A stretch of 64,000 nt of DNA from contig JAZNSB010000003.1 in NCBI GenBank assembly GCA_045590955.1, positions 2,888 to 66,887 of the forward strand. Direction: 5' to 3'. The stretch comes from Alphaproteobacteria bacterium (GTDB lineage Bacteria; Pseudomonadota; Alphaproteobacteria; RF32; CAG-239). The notes beneath the pieces are model-generated. The model saw only the letters and a program-made list of their open reading frames with translations. It had not been told where the DNA came from and did not search any database. A program made the translations under genes and the position numbers. This document shows positions 49,377 through 60,252 of this stretch, piece by piece. Positions within the stretch are counted from its first letter, which is position 1. Every line of letters begins with the position of its first letter.

Positions 49377-51500
49377 ATGATAAATTTTAATGTTGTAAAA
49401 AAAGAAATGATGTGGGGCGGTCGTCCGCTTACTTTGGAAACAGGTAAAATTGCCAGACAGGCAACAGGTGCTGTAATTGCAACTTATGGTAATACTTCCG
49501 TAATTGCTACGGTTTGTGCCGCAAAAGAAGCAAAACCAGATCAGGATTTCTTTCCATTAACCGTAAACTATCAGGAAAAATACTATTCAACCGGAAAAAT
49601 TCCAGGCGGATATCTTAAAAGAGAAGGAAAACCTTCTGAGCACGAAGTGTTAGTGTCTCGTTTGATTGACAGACCAATTCGTCCGTTGTTCCCTGATGCG
49701 TTTAAAAATGAAGTTCAAATTATTTGCACAACATTGTCTCATGACCAAGAAAATGATTCTGATATTGTGGCAATGATTGCAGCATCTGCAGCTTTGGCAG
49801 TGTCCGGAGTTCCGTTCTTGGGTCCGATTGCATCTGCAAAAGTTGGATACATTAACGGACAATATGTTTTGAATCCAACAATTGAACAATTAAAAGAAAC
49901 AGATTTGGAATTGGTTGTTGCCGGAACAAAACAAGGTGTGCTTATGGTTGAATCTGAAGCACAAGAACTTTCTGAAGAAACAATGTTAAATGCAGTTATG
50001 TTCGGTTTTGAATCTTTCCAAAACGTTATTGATTTAATTTGCCAATTAAAAGAAGAAGCCGGAAAACCAGATTGGGAAAAACCTGAATATCCTGCAGAAT
50101 ATGTTGATTTTTACAACAAAATAGGTGAAAAATTTGCGCCAATGTTTGAAAAGGCTTTTGAAGAAACAGACAAGTTGAAACGTTTGTCTTTGTTGGATGA
50201 GGCAAAAGCCGCTGTTTTGGCAACAATAGATCCTGAAAATGAATTTGAAAACAGATACGTTGTTGATGTTATGGAAAATGTTCAGGCAAAAATTATGCGT
50301 GAAAAAGTTTTGCAAACAGGAAAGCGTATTGACGGTAGAGATACAAAAACAGTTCGCCCAATTCAATGTCAGGTAGATGTTTTGCCAAGAGTTCACGGAT
50401 CTGCTCTGTTTACCAGAGGAGAAACACAGGCTTTGGTTGTAACAACCTTGGGAACAGGTGAAGATGCTCAAATGATTGATGGTTTGATGGAAACATATAA
50501 GCAAGACTTTATGTTGCATTATAACTTTCCGCCATTTTCTGTTGGTGAATGCGGAAAAGTAGGTTCTCCCGGCCGTAGAGAAGTTGGTCACGGAAAACTT
50601 GCTTGGCGTGCAATTCATCCAATGTTGCCAAAAAATAAAGAAGAATTTCCTTATACAATAAGAGTTGTTTCTGATATTATGGAATCCAACGGCTCTTCTT
50701 CAATGGCAACTGTTTGCGGAACAACAATGTCTTTGATGGCAGCCGGTGTGCCAATGCAAAAACCTGTGGCAGGTATTGCAATGGGCTTGATTAAAGAAGA
50801 TGATGGAAGAGTGGCTGTGTTGACCGATATATTGGGCGATGAAGACCACCTTGGCGACATGGACTTTAAAGTGGCAGGAACAAAAGACGGTGTAACCGCT
50901 TTGCAAATGGATATTAAAATTACATCAATAACCAAAGAAATTATGCAAACAGCTTTGGCTCAAGCACATGAAGGAAGAATTCATATCTTAGGCGAAATGG
51001 CAAAGGCTATTGAAGAACCAAGAAAAGAAGTTTCTCCATATGCTCCAAAAATTATATCTATCAAAATACCGGTAGATAAAATTCGTGATGTAATTGGAAC
51101 GGGTGGAAAAATAATTAGAGAAATTGTTGAAAAAACCCATACAAAAGTAGACATTACAGACGATGGAGTGGTTCGTATCGCTGCGTTAAATGCCGAAGAT
51201 GGAAATGCAGCTTTGGAATGGATTAACGGTATTGTTGCAGAACCCGAAGCCGGAAAAATTTATCACGGAACAGTGGTAAAAATTATGGATTTTGGCGCTT
51301 TTGTTAGATTTTTGGGAACAACCGAAGGTCTTGTTCATATTTCTGAGGTAAAACCAGAAAGAATCAATGCCGTTTCAGATTTTTATAAAGAAGGTGATAA
51401 AATCTGGGTTAAGTGTTTAGGCGTAGATAACCGAGGAAAATGGAAACTTTCTGCAAAGAGAGTGGACCAATCTAACGGAACGGATTTAGAAAACAATTAA
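49377..51500 (+). CDS. pnp: Polyribonucleotide nucleotidyltransferase (PNPase)
   Basis: Two RNase PH-like domains, then KH and S1 domains ([15 protein letters not shown]). 707 aa. Confidence 0.95.
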   Translation: MINFNVVKKEMMWGGRPLTLETGKIARQATGAVIATYGNTSVIATVCAAKEAKPDQDFFPLTVNYQEKYYSTGKIPGGYLKREGKPSEHEVLVSRLIDRPIRPLFPDAFKNEVQIICTTLSHDQENDSDIVAMIAASAALAVSGVPFLGPIASAKVGYINGQYVLNPTIEQLKETDLELVVAGTKQGVLMVESEAQELSEETMLNAVMFGFESFQNVIDLICQLKEEAGKPDWEKPEYPAEYVDFYNKIGEKFAPMFEKAFEETDKLKRLSLLDEAKAAVLATIDPENEFENRYVVDVMENVQAKIMREKVLQTGKRIDGRDTKTVRPIQCQVDVLPRVHGSALFTRGETQALVVTTLGTGEDAQMIDGLMETYKQDFMLHYNFPPFSVGECGKVGSPGRREVGHGKLAWRAIHPMLPKNKEEFPYTIRVVSDIMESNGSSSMATVCGTTMSLMAAGVPMQKPVAGIAMGLIKEDDGRVAVLTDILGDEDHLGDMDFKVAGTKDGVTALQMDIKITSITKEIMQTALAQAHEGRIHILGEMAKAIEEPRKEVSPYAPKIISIKIPVDKIRDVIGTGGKIIREIVEKTHTKVDITDDGVVRIAALNAEDGNAALEWINGIVAEPEAGKIYHGTVVKIMDFGAFVRFLGTTEGLVHISEVKPERINAVSDFYKEGDKIWVKCLGVDNRGKWKLSAKRVDQSNGTDLENN

Positions 51501-51519
51501 TCAGTTTTCTTGTTAAGCA

Positions 51520-51553
51520 AAAAAAGAGCAGACAAGTGTTTGCTCTTTTTTGT
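51520..51553 (+). terminator. Rho-independent terminator after pnp
   Basis: AAAAAGAGCAGACAagtgTTTGCTCTTTTTTG. Confidence 0.7.
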
Positions 51554-51625
51554 TGCAAAAAGGACGAAATGATGCTAAAGTGTTGGCTCAAATGTATTTT
51601 TATTAGACGAATTAAGTTAAACTAA

Positions 51626-52135
51626 TTGACTGAAAAGGCAGTCATAAATAATTGTGTTATGGAAAAAAAACCAATACCGATGCCTCTGGGGTTTAAAGTT
51701 GAAGTAAAATTTCTTGCGGCAGAGCAGGTGTCAAAAAACAACGTGTGCTCTACCATGGTCTTTGAACGAGAAGGAAAATCTTGCTACTGTGTATGGAGTG
51801 GAGATTATACCGGAAAAGGACCTTGCAGGGGCTATTTGGTAAGAAAAACAGACGTTCCCGGCGAATGGATTGTCGCCAAGGGTGAGTTGGTAGAAAAGTA
51901 TCTCCAAGAGGTAAATTTCTGGGTGAAGAAAGCGGTTCAAATCGTAACCGGCAAGGCTGACGTGGAGGTTGATTACTCCTGTGGTCAGACCTTATTCTCT
52001 AACGAACGCAAATATAAGCGTTGCTATGAAATTTTAAATGAAAAACTTGGGTTTCCTCTTGAATGGATGGGGTTGTCTAAAATGGACTATGCCTTGATGA
52101 TTTATGAGAGAAACGGCATTTTTAATGAAATCTGA
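51626..52135 (+). CDS. Hypothetical Cys-rich protein (169 aa) with no recognisable domain.
   Basis: A clean ORF with about ten Cys residues. The local GC is visibly higher than in neighbouring genes. A possible alternative start is MEKKPIP at 51659. Confidence 0.45.
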   Translation: MTEKAVINNCVMEKKPIPMPLGFKVEVKFLAAEQVSKNNVCSTMVFEREGKSCYCVWSGDYTGKGPCRGYLVRKTDVPGEWIVAKGELVEKYLQEVNFWVKKAVQIVTGKADVEVDYSCGQTLFSNERKYKRCYEILNEKLGFPLEWMGLSKMDYALMIYERNGIFNEI

Positions 52136-52136
52136 T

Positions 52137-52637
52137 ATGAAAAAAGAGACATTAAAAAACGAAGTTACGAACGAAACTTATCCTTGTGAAATAAAGGTAA
52201 AATCAGGAAAAGCATTGCGCCTAAAAATTACGGCTGCAATCGGAGATCGTTCGTGTGGAACAGTAATAGCCTCAGGAACGGCTTTACAGTGTTTTATAAA
52301 AGGCCAATTTGCCGTGGGAACAGTTCTTGATGTGTTGCCGATTGAAATTTCGTCAGAAAACGGCATGTGGCAATGCGTTCATTGGTCAAGGGTGATGGAG
52401 GTTGCAAACGCCATTAAAGAGGAGGCCAGAATTATAGATGCGAGATTTGCTTTCGGAAGAGGTAAAGACAGCGAATATGATTTTGAAGATTTTCTTTTTG
52501 CCGGAACAAAAGGATATTTGACATATCTGGAAAAAGTAACAGCTTTGATAGATGTTTTTCCAGAAATTTCAAATTGTACGGCCCCGCTGAAAATGAAAGA
52601 TGCCATACAGGCAATTTTGCGGGAAAACTTGGATTAA
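52137..52637 (+). CDS. Hypothetical protein (about 166 aa) with no recognisable domain, directly coupled to the preceding ORF.
   Basis: ATG 1 nt after the upstream stop (alternative ATGs at 52104 and 52125). Followed by a strong terminator. Elevated GC. Confidence 0.45.
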   Translation: MKKETLKNEVTNETYPCEIKVKSGKALRLKITAAIGDRSCGTVIASGTALQCFIKGQFAVGTVLDVLPIEISSENGMWQCVHWSRVMEVANAIKEEARIIDARFAFGRGKDSEYDFEDFLFAGTKGYLTYLEKVTALIDVFPEISNCTAPLKMKDAIQAILRENLD

Positions 52638-52672
52638 AAACACGGGCTCTCTAAAGAGCCCGTTTTTTTTGC
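52637..52672 (+). terminator. Rho-independent terminator after the two-gene cassette
   Basis: AAAAACACGGGCTCTctaaAGAGCCCGTTTTTTTT. Confidence 0.8.
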
Positions 52673-52766
52673 TTGAATTTTAATTTTTATGTGTTATCAA
52701 CTAAATATCAAAAACACCCCTGGAGGTTTTTGATGATGTAATGTTAATTTTTTGAAAGATACGAAA

Positions 52767-53057
52767 ATGGCAGATATAGTTTTTAATGCTAAGGTTCGCG
52801 AGATAGCAGGTAAGGGGGCAGCTCGTCAATGTCGTCGTGAAGGGCGCGTTCCGGCTGTTATTTACGGCGGTAAAAAAGAACCTTTTATGATTTCTTTAGA
52901 CCCTGTTGAGTTGGAAAAAGCTCTCAATATGGTTGGTTTTTACGACGCAATGATTGAAATTGATGTTGATGGCAAAAAACAAAATGTGGTTTGTCAAAAT
53001 GTTCAATTCCATCCGGTTACAGATGCTCCATTGCACGTTGACTTTTTAAGAAAGTAA
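52767..53057 (+). CDS. rplY: 50S ribosomal protein L25 (short, 5S rRNA-binding form)
   Basis: AKVREIAGKGAARQCRREGRVPAVIYGG. The rplY-pth-ychF synteny. Confidence 0.8.
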   Translation: MADIVFNAKVREIAGKGAARQCRREGRVPAVIYGGKKEPFMISLDPVELEKALNMVGFYDAMIEIDVDGKKQNVVCQNVQFHPVTDAPLHVDFLRK

Positions 53058-53133
53058 GAAAATAACATGTTAAAAGGGGAAACGGGTCTGTAAAACAGTC
53101 GTCTTCCCCTTTTTGTTTTTATACGCGGAAAAA

Positions 53134-53703
53134 ATGTTTTTAATAGTCGGTTTAGGAAATCCTGGAACACAATATGAAAATACCCGCCATAATGTTGGTT
53201 TTATGACGGTGGATTTCTTGTGGGAGACATTCTCTTTTGCTCCGTTTAAGGCAAAGTTTGACGGTTTGATTGCAGAAGGTAATGTTGCCGGAGAAAAAGT
53301 GTTTTTACTTAAACCGCAAACCTTTATGAATTTATCCGGAAATAGTGTGGTAAAAGCTGCAAATTTTTATAAAATCTTACCTCAAAATATAATTGTAATT
53401 CATGATGATGTGGATTTGGTTGTGGGAAAAGTAAAGGCAAAAACCGGTGGTGGAAATGCAGGTCATAACGGGTTAAAATCTGTTGATGCTGCGGTGACGA
53501 CAAACTATCATAGAATTCGAATCGGAGTGGGTTCTGAAGAAAAAAGCAAGATGATAAATCATGTGCTGGGAAGTTTTTCTAAACAGGACAGAACAATAAT
53601 AAATCAAAATATTAAAATGATTGCGGATAATATAGATGTTTTGATTAAATCTGGAATGGCTGATTTTTCTAATAAAATAGGAATGCAACAGCATAAAAAA
53701 TAA
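53134..53703 (+). CDS. pth: Peptidyl-tRNA hydrolase
   Basis: [21 protein letters not shown] and the HNGLKS motif. Confidence 0.9.
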   Translation: MFLIVGLGNPGTQYENTRHNVGFMTVDFLWETFSFAPFKAKFDGLIAEGNVAGEKVFLLKPQTFMNLSGNSVVKAANFYKILPQNIIVIHDDVDLVVGKVKAKTGGGNAGHNGLKSVDAAVTTNYHRIRIGVGSEEKSKMINHVLGSFSKQDRTIINQNIKMIADNIDVLIKSGMADFSNKIGMQQHKK

Positions 53704-53713
53704 GGAGAAGATA

Positions 53714-54820
53714 ATGGGGTTTAATTGCGGAATAGTAGGATTGCCAAATGTTGGAAAATCTACATTATTTAATGCGTTAACGCAGACAATTGCAGCACAA
53801 GCAGCAAATTATCCGTTTTGTACTATTGAGCCAAATACGGGAAGAGTGGCTGTTCCTGATATAAGATTGAATAAATTGGCTCAGATGGTGGCCCCAAAAA
53901 TGGTTACTCCAACATATTTGGAATTTGTAGATATTGCCGGATTAGTTAAAGGTGCTTCAAAAGGCGAGGGTTTGGGAAACCAGTTTTTGGCAAACATTAG
54001 AGAAGTGGATGCTATTGTGCACGTGGTTAGGTGTTTTGATGATGCAAACATTACTCATGTGGAGGGAACGATAGATCCTGTAAGAGATATTGAAATTGTT
54101 GAAACAGAGCTCATGATTGCCGATTTGGAATCGTTGGAAAAAAGATTTGACCAGACAAATAAAAAAGCAAAAGGCGGAGAAAAAGAAGCTGTTTTAAGAT
54201 TGAAGGTAATGACCCCTATTATTGAAGCCTTAAAAGAAGGAAAACCGGCAAGAACTGCCAGACCTGACAAAAATGATAAAGACGCATATAAACAGTATGA
54301 AATGTTGCAATTGTTGACAGCAAAACCGGTGCTGTATGTTTGTAATGTTGAGGAAACTGCCGCAGCAGAAGGAAATGAATTTTCTGAAAAAGTGAAAAAA
54401 TATGCCGAACAAAAAGGTGCTTCTTGTGTGATAATATCTGCTGCAATTGAAGCAGAGGTGGCTCAGCTTGATGAAGAAGAAAGACAGGCTTTTTTGGAAG
54501 ATTTAGGCTTAAAAGAAACCGGTTTGGCAAAAGTAATAAGAGCAGGATATGAGTTACTTGGGCTGGAAACCTATTTTACGGCAGGACCAAAAGAAGTAAG
54601 AGCTTGGACTTTTGTTAAAGGTTCAAAAGCTCCGCAGTGCGCCGGTATAATCCACTCTGATTTTGAAAAAGGATTTATTAGAGCAGAAACAATATCTTAT
54701 GATGATTTTGTAATCTGTGGGGGCGAACAAGGTGCAAAAGAAGCTGGAAAAATGAGGGCCGAGGGAAAAGAATATGTGGTTCAAGATGGTGATTTGCTCA
54801 ACTTTTTGTTTAATGTGTGA
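53714..54820 (+). CDS. ychF: Ribosome-binding ATPase YchF (Obg family)
   Basis: [18 protein letters not shown], followed by a C-terminal TGS domain. Confidence 0.95.
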   Translation: MGFNCGIVGLPNVGKSTLFNALTQTIAAQAANYPFCTIEPNTGRVAVPDIRLNKLAQMVAPKMVTPTYLEFVDIAGLVKGASKGEGLGNQFLANIREVDAIVHVVRCFDDANITHVEGTIDPVRDIEIVETELMIADLESLEKRFDQTNKKAKGGEKEAVLRLKVMTPIIEALKEGKPARTARPDKNDKDAYKQYEMLQLLTAKPVLYVCNVEETAAAEGNEFSEKVKKYAEQKGASCVIISAAIEAEVAQLDEEERQAFLEDLGLKETGLAKVIRAGYELLGLETYFTAGPKEVRAWTFVKGSKAPQCAGIIHSDFEKGFIRAETISYDDFVICGGEQGAKEAGKMRAEGKEYVVQDGDLLNFLFNV

Positions 54821-55287
54821 TTGATATGAGACTGGCACTTTTTCAACCCGATATTCCTCAAAACACAGGAACGCTGATGCGTTTGGCGGCTTGTTTGGAT
54901 ATTGGAATAGATATTATTGAGCCTTGCGGATTTGTGTTTTCTGAAAAAAATTTGAAAAGAGCCGGAATGGACTATTTGCAACTGGTAAATTGCAAAAGGC
55001 ATGATTCTTGGCAAGATTTTCTAGATTTTAGAGAGCAAAATAAACAAGAATACGGAAGAATAATTTTGCTTTCTACACATGCTCAAAAGCCGTATTATGA
55101 TTTTGAGTTTTTACCAAATGACATTATTTTAATGGGCAGAGAATCTGCCGGAGTGCCACAAGAAGTGCATGATTTTGCAGATGAAAGATTGATAATTCCC
55201 ATGAATGAAAAAGCAAGATCAATTAATGTGGCAATTTCTGCTGCAATGGCGGTGGGAGAAGCTTTGCGTCAAACAAAATGGCGCTAA
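54817..55287 (+). CDS. trmL: tRNA (cytidine/uridine-2'-O)-methyltransferase TrmL (SpoU/TrmH family)
   Basis: [29 protein letters not shown] and a C-terminal SpoU knot with [20 protein letters not shown] at 54817 or an ATG at 54826. Confidence 0.8.
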   Translation: MIDMRLALFQPDIPQNTGTLMRLAACLDIGIDIIEPCGFVFSEKNLKRAGMDYLQLVNCKRHDSWQDFLDFREQNKQEYGRIILLSTHAQKPYYDFEFLPNDIILMGRESAGVPQEVHDFADERLIIPMNEKARSINVAISAAMAVGEALRQTKWR

Positions 55288-56000
55288 AATAAAGAACAGA
55301 AATTTTCAAATGAAGAAGCCTGCAAATAGGGGTTGCATTGTTTTTCTAAACCAAGCTCAATCGGGCAAACATATCCCTGTCTTTGTAGACGAGATATGGC
55401 AATTTGTTCGTATTGTGCAAGGGCCTCTTGGTTGAAACATGTTTGTCTTGCATATCCGAAACCGTGAGCAGTGTATTCGTGTCCGGCAAAAAAAGATACA
55501 TCATTAGGGAGTTTTTTGATCCTTTGTAAGGTGTTAAACATATCTTTTTGGGTTCCTTCAAATAATGCGCCAATACCAAAATTAAACAAAACATCTCCGG
55601 TAAAAAGAAGTTTGTCTTGCTCAAAAAGCCATAACAAATCATGTTTTGTGTGGCCACACACTTCTAAAATTTTTGCCTTACTGTTTCCAAGGCAAAAAAT
55701 ATCTTCATCTGAAAGTTCTATATCTATTTGTTCAATTTGTTTTTGTGGAAGTTTTGGGCCAACAATTTTGGCTCCGTAAATTGATTTTAGTTCTTTATTG
55801 CCTTCAACGTGGTCAAAGTGATGATGCGTATTTAATATATATGCAGGGCGGAGGTTGTGCTTTTGAAGCTCTGCTAAAACCGGCGCTGTTTCCGAGGGGT
55901 CTAAGACAGCACAAACTTGCGTATCGGAATCGACCAATATATATGAGAGGTTATCCATTATACCTTGTCTGCACAGAACAGGATAAACTTGAAGTGACAT
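55284..56000 (-). CDS. gloB: Hydroxyacylglutathione hydrolase (glyoxalase II), a metallo-beta-lactamase fold
   Basis: Zn motif ILNTHHHFDHVEGN and a C-terminal HAGH_C-like region. Confidence 0.85.
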   Translation of the reverse strand: MSLQVYPVLCRQGIMDNLSYILVDSDTQVCAVLDPSETAPVLAELQKHNLRPAYILNTHHHFDHVEGNKELKSIYGAKIVGPKLPQKQIEQIDIELSDEDIFCLGNSKAKILEVCGHTKHDLLWLFEQDKLLFTGDVLFNFGIGALFEGTQKDMFNTLQRIKKLPNDVSFFAGHEYTAHGFGYARQTCFNQEALAQYEQIAISRLQRQGYVCPIELGLEKQCNPYLQASSFENFCSLF

Positions 56001-57682
56001 TATAAATAATCTCCGGGGTTTACTTCATCAATTTGTTCCGGTTTTAAGTATTGATATGCATATGTGTTATAAATTTCATTTTCAATGAAAATTTTATATA
56101 AAGCAGGGTCTATATGTCCGGTATTTTTCATATTTTGCATAATACGTAAAGCTTCGGAGAGTTTTTTGGGCTCTTTATAAGGTCTGTCTGAAGCAGTGAG
56201 AGCTTCAAAAATATCTGCAATGGCCATTGCTTTGGCAGGAACAGACATTTGTTCTCCGGTAAGATGGTTGGGATATCCTTTGCCATCAACTCTTTCGTGG
56301 TGGGCTCCGGCATATTCAACAATGTTGGACAATTCTTTTGGGAAGGGAAGAGTTTTGAGCATATCTATGGTAACAACTATATGTTCATTAATTTTTTCTC
56401 TTTCTTCTTTATTGATTGTTCCTTTTGGGATGGAAAGATTATATAATTCTCCGAGATTATATTTGCCCAAGCGGTGATCATCTCTATTTTGAATTAAACT
56501 TTCTATACAAGGATTGGAGTATAGCTCTTTGTCTTTTACATTGTCTCTTTCTGCCCAAGAAAGCCCTTTCATTCTGCTAAAGTGACGAGTGAATTTGTAT
56601 TGAGCAATTTGTTCTAGGCGAATAATTTCTTCATCTGTGAGTTCTTTGTCGCCTATATTACATTGTGCAATAAAATCAAAATCGTCTTCAAGTTGCTGTA
56701 TTTTAACAATAAATTCTTTTTGCAGATTTTCTTGCGTGTCTGTATTTTTGAGGCGCTTTTTAAGGTAGTCTATATGTGCATCTCTTCGCAAAATTTCAAA
56801 TCTGTTTCTTATTTCATGTATGCGGTTATATACTGTTTCAAGCTTTGTGGCTTTGTCTACAACAAATTCCGGGGTGGTGATTTTGCCACAATCATGAAGC
56901 CAAGAAGCAATATGTAATGCGTACCAGTCTGATTCTGACATTGTAAAGTCTTTTAATGCACCTGTTTTTTCTTCAACGGCAGCAGCTGTAATTAACCTTG
57001 CTAAAACAGGAACTCTTTGACAGTGTAGGCCTGTGTATGGAGATTTTGCTTCCAGTGCGTGAGTAAGTGTGCCAATGAAAGACTCTAACAATAAATCATA
57101 ATCTTCTGTTAGAACCCTACACTCTGTTACATGAGAAAGAAGCGAGCTTAAAGAATATAGAGCCTTTGTCGTTTCTGGTGAAAAAATGCATCTGTTGGAG
57201 TTTTTATCCAGAGGATTTATAAATTGCAAAATGCCAATAACTTCCCCTTTTTTGCTGGTTAAAGGAATGGCTAAAACACTTGTGGTTATATAATTGTTTT
57301 TGGAATCAAACTGTTCAAAAAAGTGGTTTTGATATTCTTGAGTTTGTGCAATGTTTGCAACGTTTATAATTTCGTTGTTAATCAAGCAGCGTTCTGCTAT
57401 GGATAATTTTCTTTTTTGTTTAATGTCTGAAATAAATATCGGAGCAAAGTATGAGCCGGTGTCAGCATTGTTTCTGAAAAAATTGATGCTGTTGTATTTC
57501 ATGTATTGCAGAGTTAATACTTTATGGTCTCCGACAACAAAAAAATTAACCCCGTCTATGTTAAATTCACTCAAATAAAAGTCTAAAATGGCAGCGATTT
57601 TTTTGTTAAAACTCTTTTCTTCGTTTAAAAAACCAAGAAGGGAAATAAAATTGGAAGTATTATTGTTAAAAGGTGCTGTCAT
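56000..57682 (-). CDS. GAF-domain-containing HD-GYP phosphodiesterase (c-di-GMP-specific)
   Basis: N-terminal GAF (VLAIPLTSKKGEVIGILQFIN). HD motif WLHDCGKI. HD-GYP signature GAHHERVDGKGYP. Confidence 0.8.
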   Translation of the reverse strand: MTAPFNNNTSNFISLLGFLNEEKSFNKKIAAILDFYLSEFNIDGVNFFVVGDHKVLTLQYMKYNSINFFRNNADTGSYFAPIFISDIKQKRKLSIAERCLINNEIINVANIAQTQEYQNHFFEQFDSKNNYITTSVLAIPLTSKKGEVIGILQFINPLDKNSNRCIFSPETTKALYSLSSLLSHVTECRVLTEDYDLLLESFIGTLTHALEAKSPYTGLHCQRVPVLARLITAAAVEEKTGALKDFTMSESDWYALHIASWLHDCGKITTPEFVVDKATKLETVYNRIHEIRNRFEILRRDAHIDYLKKRLKNTDTQENLQKEFIVKIQQLEDDFDFIAQCNIGDKELTDEEIIRLEQIAQYKFTRHFSRMKGLSWAERDNVKDKELYSNPCIESLIQNRDDHRLGKYNLGELYNLSIPKGTINKEEREKINEHIVVTIDMLKTLPFPKELSNIVEYAGAHHERVDGKGYPNHLTGEQMSVPAKAMAIADIFEALTASDRPYKEPKKLSEALRIMQNMKNTGHIDPALYKIFIENEIYNTYAYQYLKPEQIDEVNPGDYL

Positions 57683-57690
57683 TATTCTCC

Positions 57691-58794
57691 TTATTTAATT
57701 TTAGATATTAGGTATTCAATATCGTTTTCTGATAAGTCTTCAGATGAGCTGGTTAAAGACAAAACTCTTTCCAATACCTTATTTGAGAAGTTGCGCTTAT
57801 TGTTTTGGCAACAATCAAAGCTTACTTTCTTTAAAATTTCAAAGGCATTAAAAATAGCAGGAAATAATGGTTTGGGAACACCGGCTTTTCTGAGTAAATT
57901 TCTTGTCATAAAATCAAGGTGCGAATTAAATAGGATTTTTCTGACTTCGGGTAATGGTGTTTGAGATAAATAAACCAATGAATATTCAAAGAATTTTAGA
58001 TTACCCATACAAATGGAGCGAACGAGCAAAGATGGTGTTAGATTACCGGAGCTGTAAAGTTGGCTTACCAGCTCTTCCATTCTGTCATCTGAACTTTGAT
58101 CTTCTGATATTTGTAGAGCAACCTTTTCTCTTATTTCTTCAATAATATCACATGCTGTATCGTTGGGAACTTTGTGTGTGCTAATGAGCTTTTTCTTTAA
58201 TTCTGAAGACAGCGAAGACAAAATTTTGATAATAATTGAAGAAGGTAGTTCTTTTTTTGAAATTATATGCTCTTTAATGCTTTCGCTATGCATATATTTA
58301 TCTGTGATGATGTTAAATGTGGTTTCATCAAGTTCGCACTTATCATTTTCAAGAAGAGTATTTATTACCTGCTCTTCGCATTTGTCAGCAATATATTGAA
58401 TTATTTCTTCATCAAGGTTTTCTCTTTTTGCAACAGCTTTTTGTTTGTTGGTTTGTTGTGATTTTAAGATTTGCAACATATCATCAACAGTAAAGTTTTC
58501 ATAGTGTTGAATAAAGTGTAAAGACACATTATCCGAATCGTTTATGATGGAGGAAACAATATCTCTGGGAATGTTTTTGCACTCTGAAAGACTTTCTGCT
58601 AAAGTTTTTCTGACTTTTATTTCTACATCTTTAATCATTATTTTAAAGATGCTTTCTGCCAATTTTTTACCGGCAGGAGTTATATGAGCATTGTTATAAT
58701 ACAGGCATATTTTTCCTGCCACTAAAGACTTATTCTCTGCGGAACAGTTTTTTGAAAGTTTTTTAAGGTCTTCATGGCTTAATGCTTCGTTCAT
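57691..58794 (-). CDS. Hypothetical alpha-helical repeat protein, possibly DUF2336-like.
   Basis: 367 aa, all-helical, with repeated LxxLL-type segments. No TM helix or signal peptide. Confidence 0.45.
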   Translation of the reverse strand: MNEALSHEDLKKLSKNCSAENKSLVAGKICLYYNNAHITPAGKKLAESIFKIMIKDVEIKVRKTLAESLSECKNIPRDIVSSIINDSDNVSLHFIQHYENFTVDDMLQILKSQQTNKQKAVAKRENLDEEIIQYIADKCEEQVINTLLENDKCELDETTFNIITDKYMHSESIKEHIISKKELPSSIIIKILSSLSSELKKKLISTHKVPNDTACDIIEEIREKVALQISEDQSSDDRMEELVSQLYSSGNLTPSLLVRSICMGNLKFFEYSLVYLSQTPLPEVRKILFNSHLDFMTRNLLRKAGVPKPLFPAIFNAFEILKKVSFDCCQNNKRNFSNKVLERVLSLTSSSEDLSENDIEYLISKIK

Positions 58795-58871
58795 TCCTTT
58801 ATGCCTTTTTTGTTCTTTGTCTCATACCCTATTGTATTATGCGATTATATTTTATTCTAGTTAAATTTATG

Positions 58872-59717
58872 TTAAATTTTTAATTTTGCATAATCAAGGG
58901 TGTCCAGATTATAAAAAACTATGGTGTAATTTAATAATCCGATAAAATTTTCTATTTTACTGCCAAAATCCAAGGTTTGGGTAACGTTGCTTCCTCTTAG
59001 CACAGATCCTACGTTGTGCATGTTAAATCTGAGACTCCAAAGATGTGCAAAATCTATATTTGAATTTAGTTTTAAAGCATAGTCATCTACGGCGTCTTGC
59101 AAGGTTGGATATTGCTTGATGCGGTATTCTAAATCTTCTTTTTGTCCTTTTGGCAAAAGACCGTCTTTTGTATGCCAAACAAGTTCTTTGAATATGGCGT
59201 TGGCAACATGTGCAGGACGAGATCTTCCCCAATCGCTTTCAATAATGGCGGCGCCTACCAAAATGGAAGCCGGAACAATATCCACTCGCAATACCAAATT
59301 GTTTAATAGATATTCTGTTCTCTGGTTGCCTGTGAATCTGGTAAAAATATCATATTTTTTTGCTTTTGTTTCTATAATCTGAATTTCTTCTTCTGTTAGA
59401 TTGTTGTTTTTTTGAAATTCGTTTTTTAGGGCTAAAATTTCTTTTCTTTCTGCCATAATTTTTTTGTTTGTTCTCATTGCAAGCGGAGACATAATTTGAA
59501 TAAAAAGCCATTCTTTGTCTTTGTCATTGTGGTTTTGCAAATCGGAAGGGAGTTTGTCAAGAAAAATGGCTGGAATTTCTATACCGGTTACTATTTGACG
59601 AGAAAAAGGAACAAAGCCTTGTTTGTTAAATTTTGCCATAATTTCTGCACTGTCTTGTGCCAGACATTCCGGAGCGCTAAAAATAAAAAACAATAAAAAC
59701 AAGCAAAGTTTGAGCAT
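58872..59717 (-). CDS. Secreted GH73/Bax-like glucosaminidase-domain protein (peptidoglycan hydrolase)
   Basis: Signal peptide MLKLCLFLLFFIFSAPECLA. A glucosaminidase motif VGAAIIESDWGRS, compared with the AQAALESGWG consensus. Confidence 0.6.
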   Translation of the reverse strand: MLKLCLFLLFFIFSAPECLAQDSAEIMAKFNKQGFVPFSRQIVTGIEIPAIFLDKLPSDLQNHNDKDKEWLFIQIMSPLAMRTNKKIMAERKEILALKNEFQKNNNLTEEEIQIIETKAKKYDIFTRFTGNQRTEYLLNNLVLRVDIVPASILVGAAIIESDWGRSRPAHVANAIFKELVWHTKDGLLPKGQKEDLEYRIKQYPTLQDAVDDYALKLNSNIDFAHLWSLRFNMHNVGSVLRGSNVTQTLDFGSKIENFIGLLNYTIVFYNLDTLDYAKLKI

Positions 59718-59718
59718 A

Positions 59719-60249
59719 TTATTCTTTCAGATTTTCAACAGATTTAATTTCAGGAATGTAGTGTTTTAAGATTTTTTCAACACCATCTTTGAGTGTTACC
59801 ATTGCATAAGGACAACCTACACAACTGCCTTGCAATTGAACATATACAACGGAATTTTCATATTTAATAAACTCAATATCTCCTCCGTCTTGTCTTATGG
59901 CCGGACGAATGCGGGCATTTAAGAGTGCTTTAATTTTTTGTTCTATATTTTCTTCTGTGTTATCGTTTGATTCAACAGGTTCCGGATTGGTAAGAAATTC
60001 CATAATGGTCGCCATTATTTGAGGGCGCAAAATATCCCAATCGCCCTGCTCTTGTTTGGTTACAGAAATCATTTCAGAGGTGATAAAAACAGAAGCAATG
60101 TCACCTATGTCAAAAATTTTTTCAGCCAAGGGAGATTTGCGAATACTTTTGGAATCTGAAAATTCTGCTTTTCCTGTAGATAAGATGCTTTCTGATGGAA
60201 AAAAGTTAATGGTGTTTTTATCTCCAGTATATCCTGTTTCTATAATCAT
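59719..60249 (-). CDS. Nfu/NifU-like Fe-S cluster carrier (Nfu_N plus the NifU C-terminal CxxC domain)
   Basis: Nfu_N at the N-terminus. C-terminal LQGSCVGCPYAMVTLKDGVE. Confidence 0.8.
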   Translation of the reverse strand: MIIETGYTGDKNTINFFPSESILSTGKAEFSDSKSIRKSPLAEKIFDIGDIASVFITSEMISVTKQEQGDWDILRPQIMATIMEFLTNPEPVESNDNTEENIEQKIKALLNARIRPAIRQDGGDIEFIKYENSVVYVQLQGSCVGCPYAMVTLKDGVEKILKHYIPEIKSVENLKE

Positions 60250-60252
60250 TTA

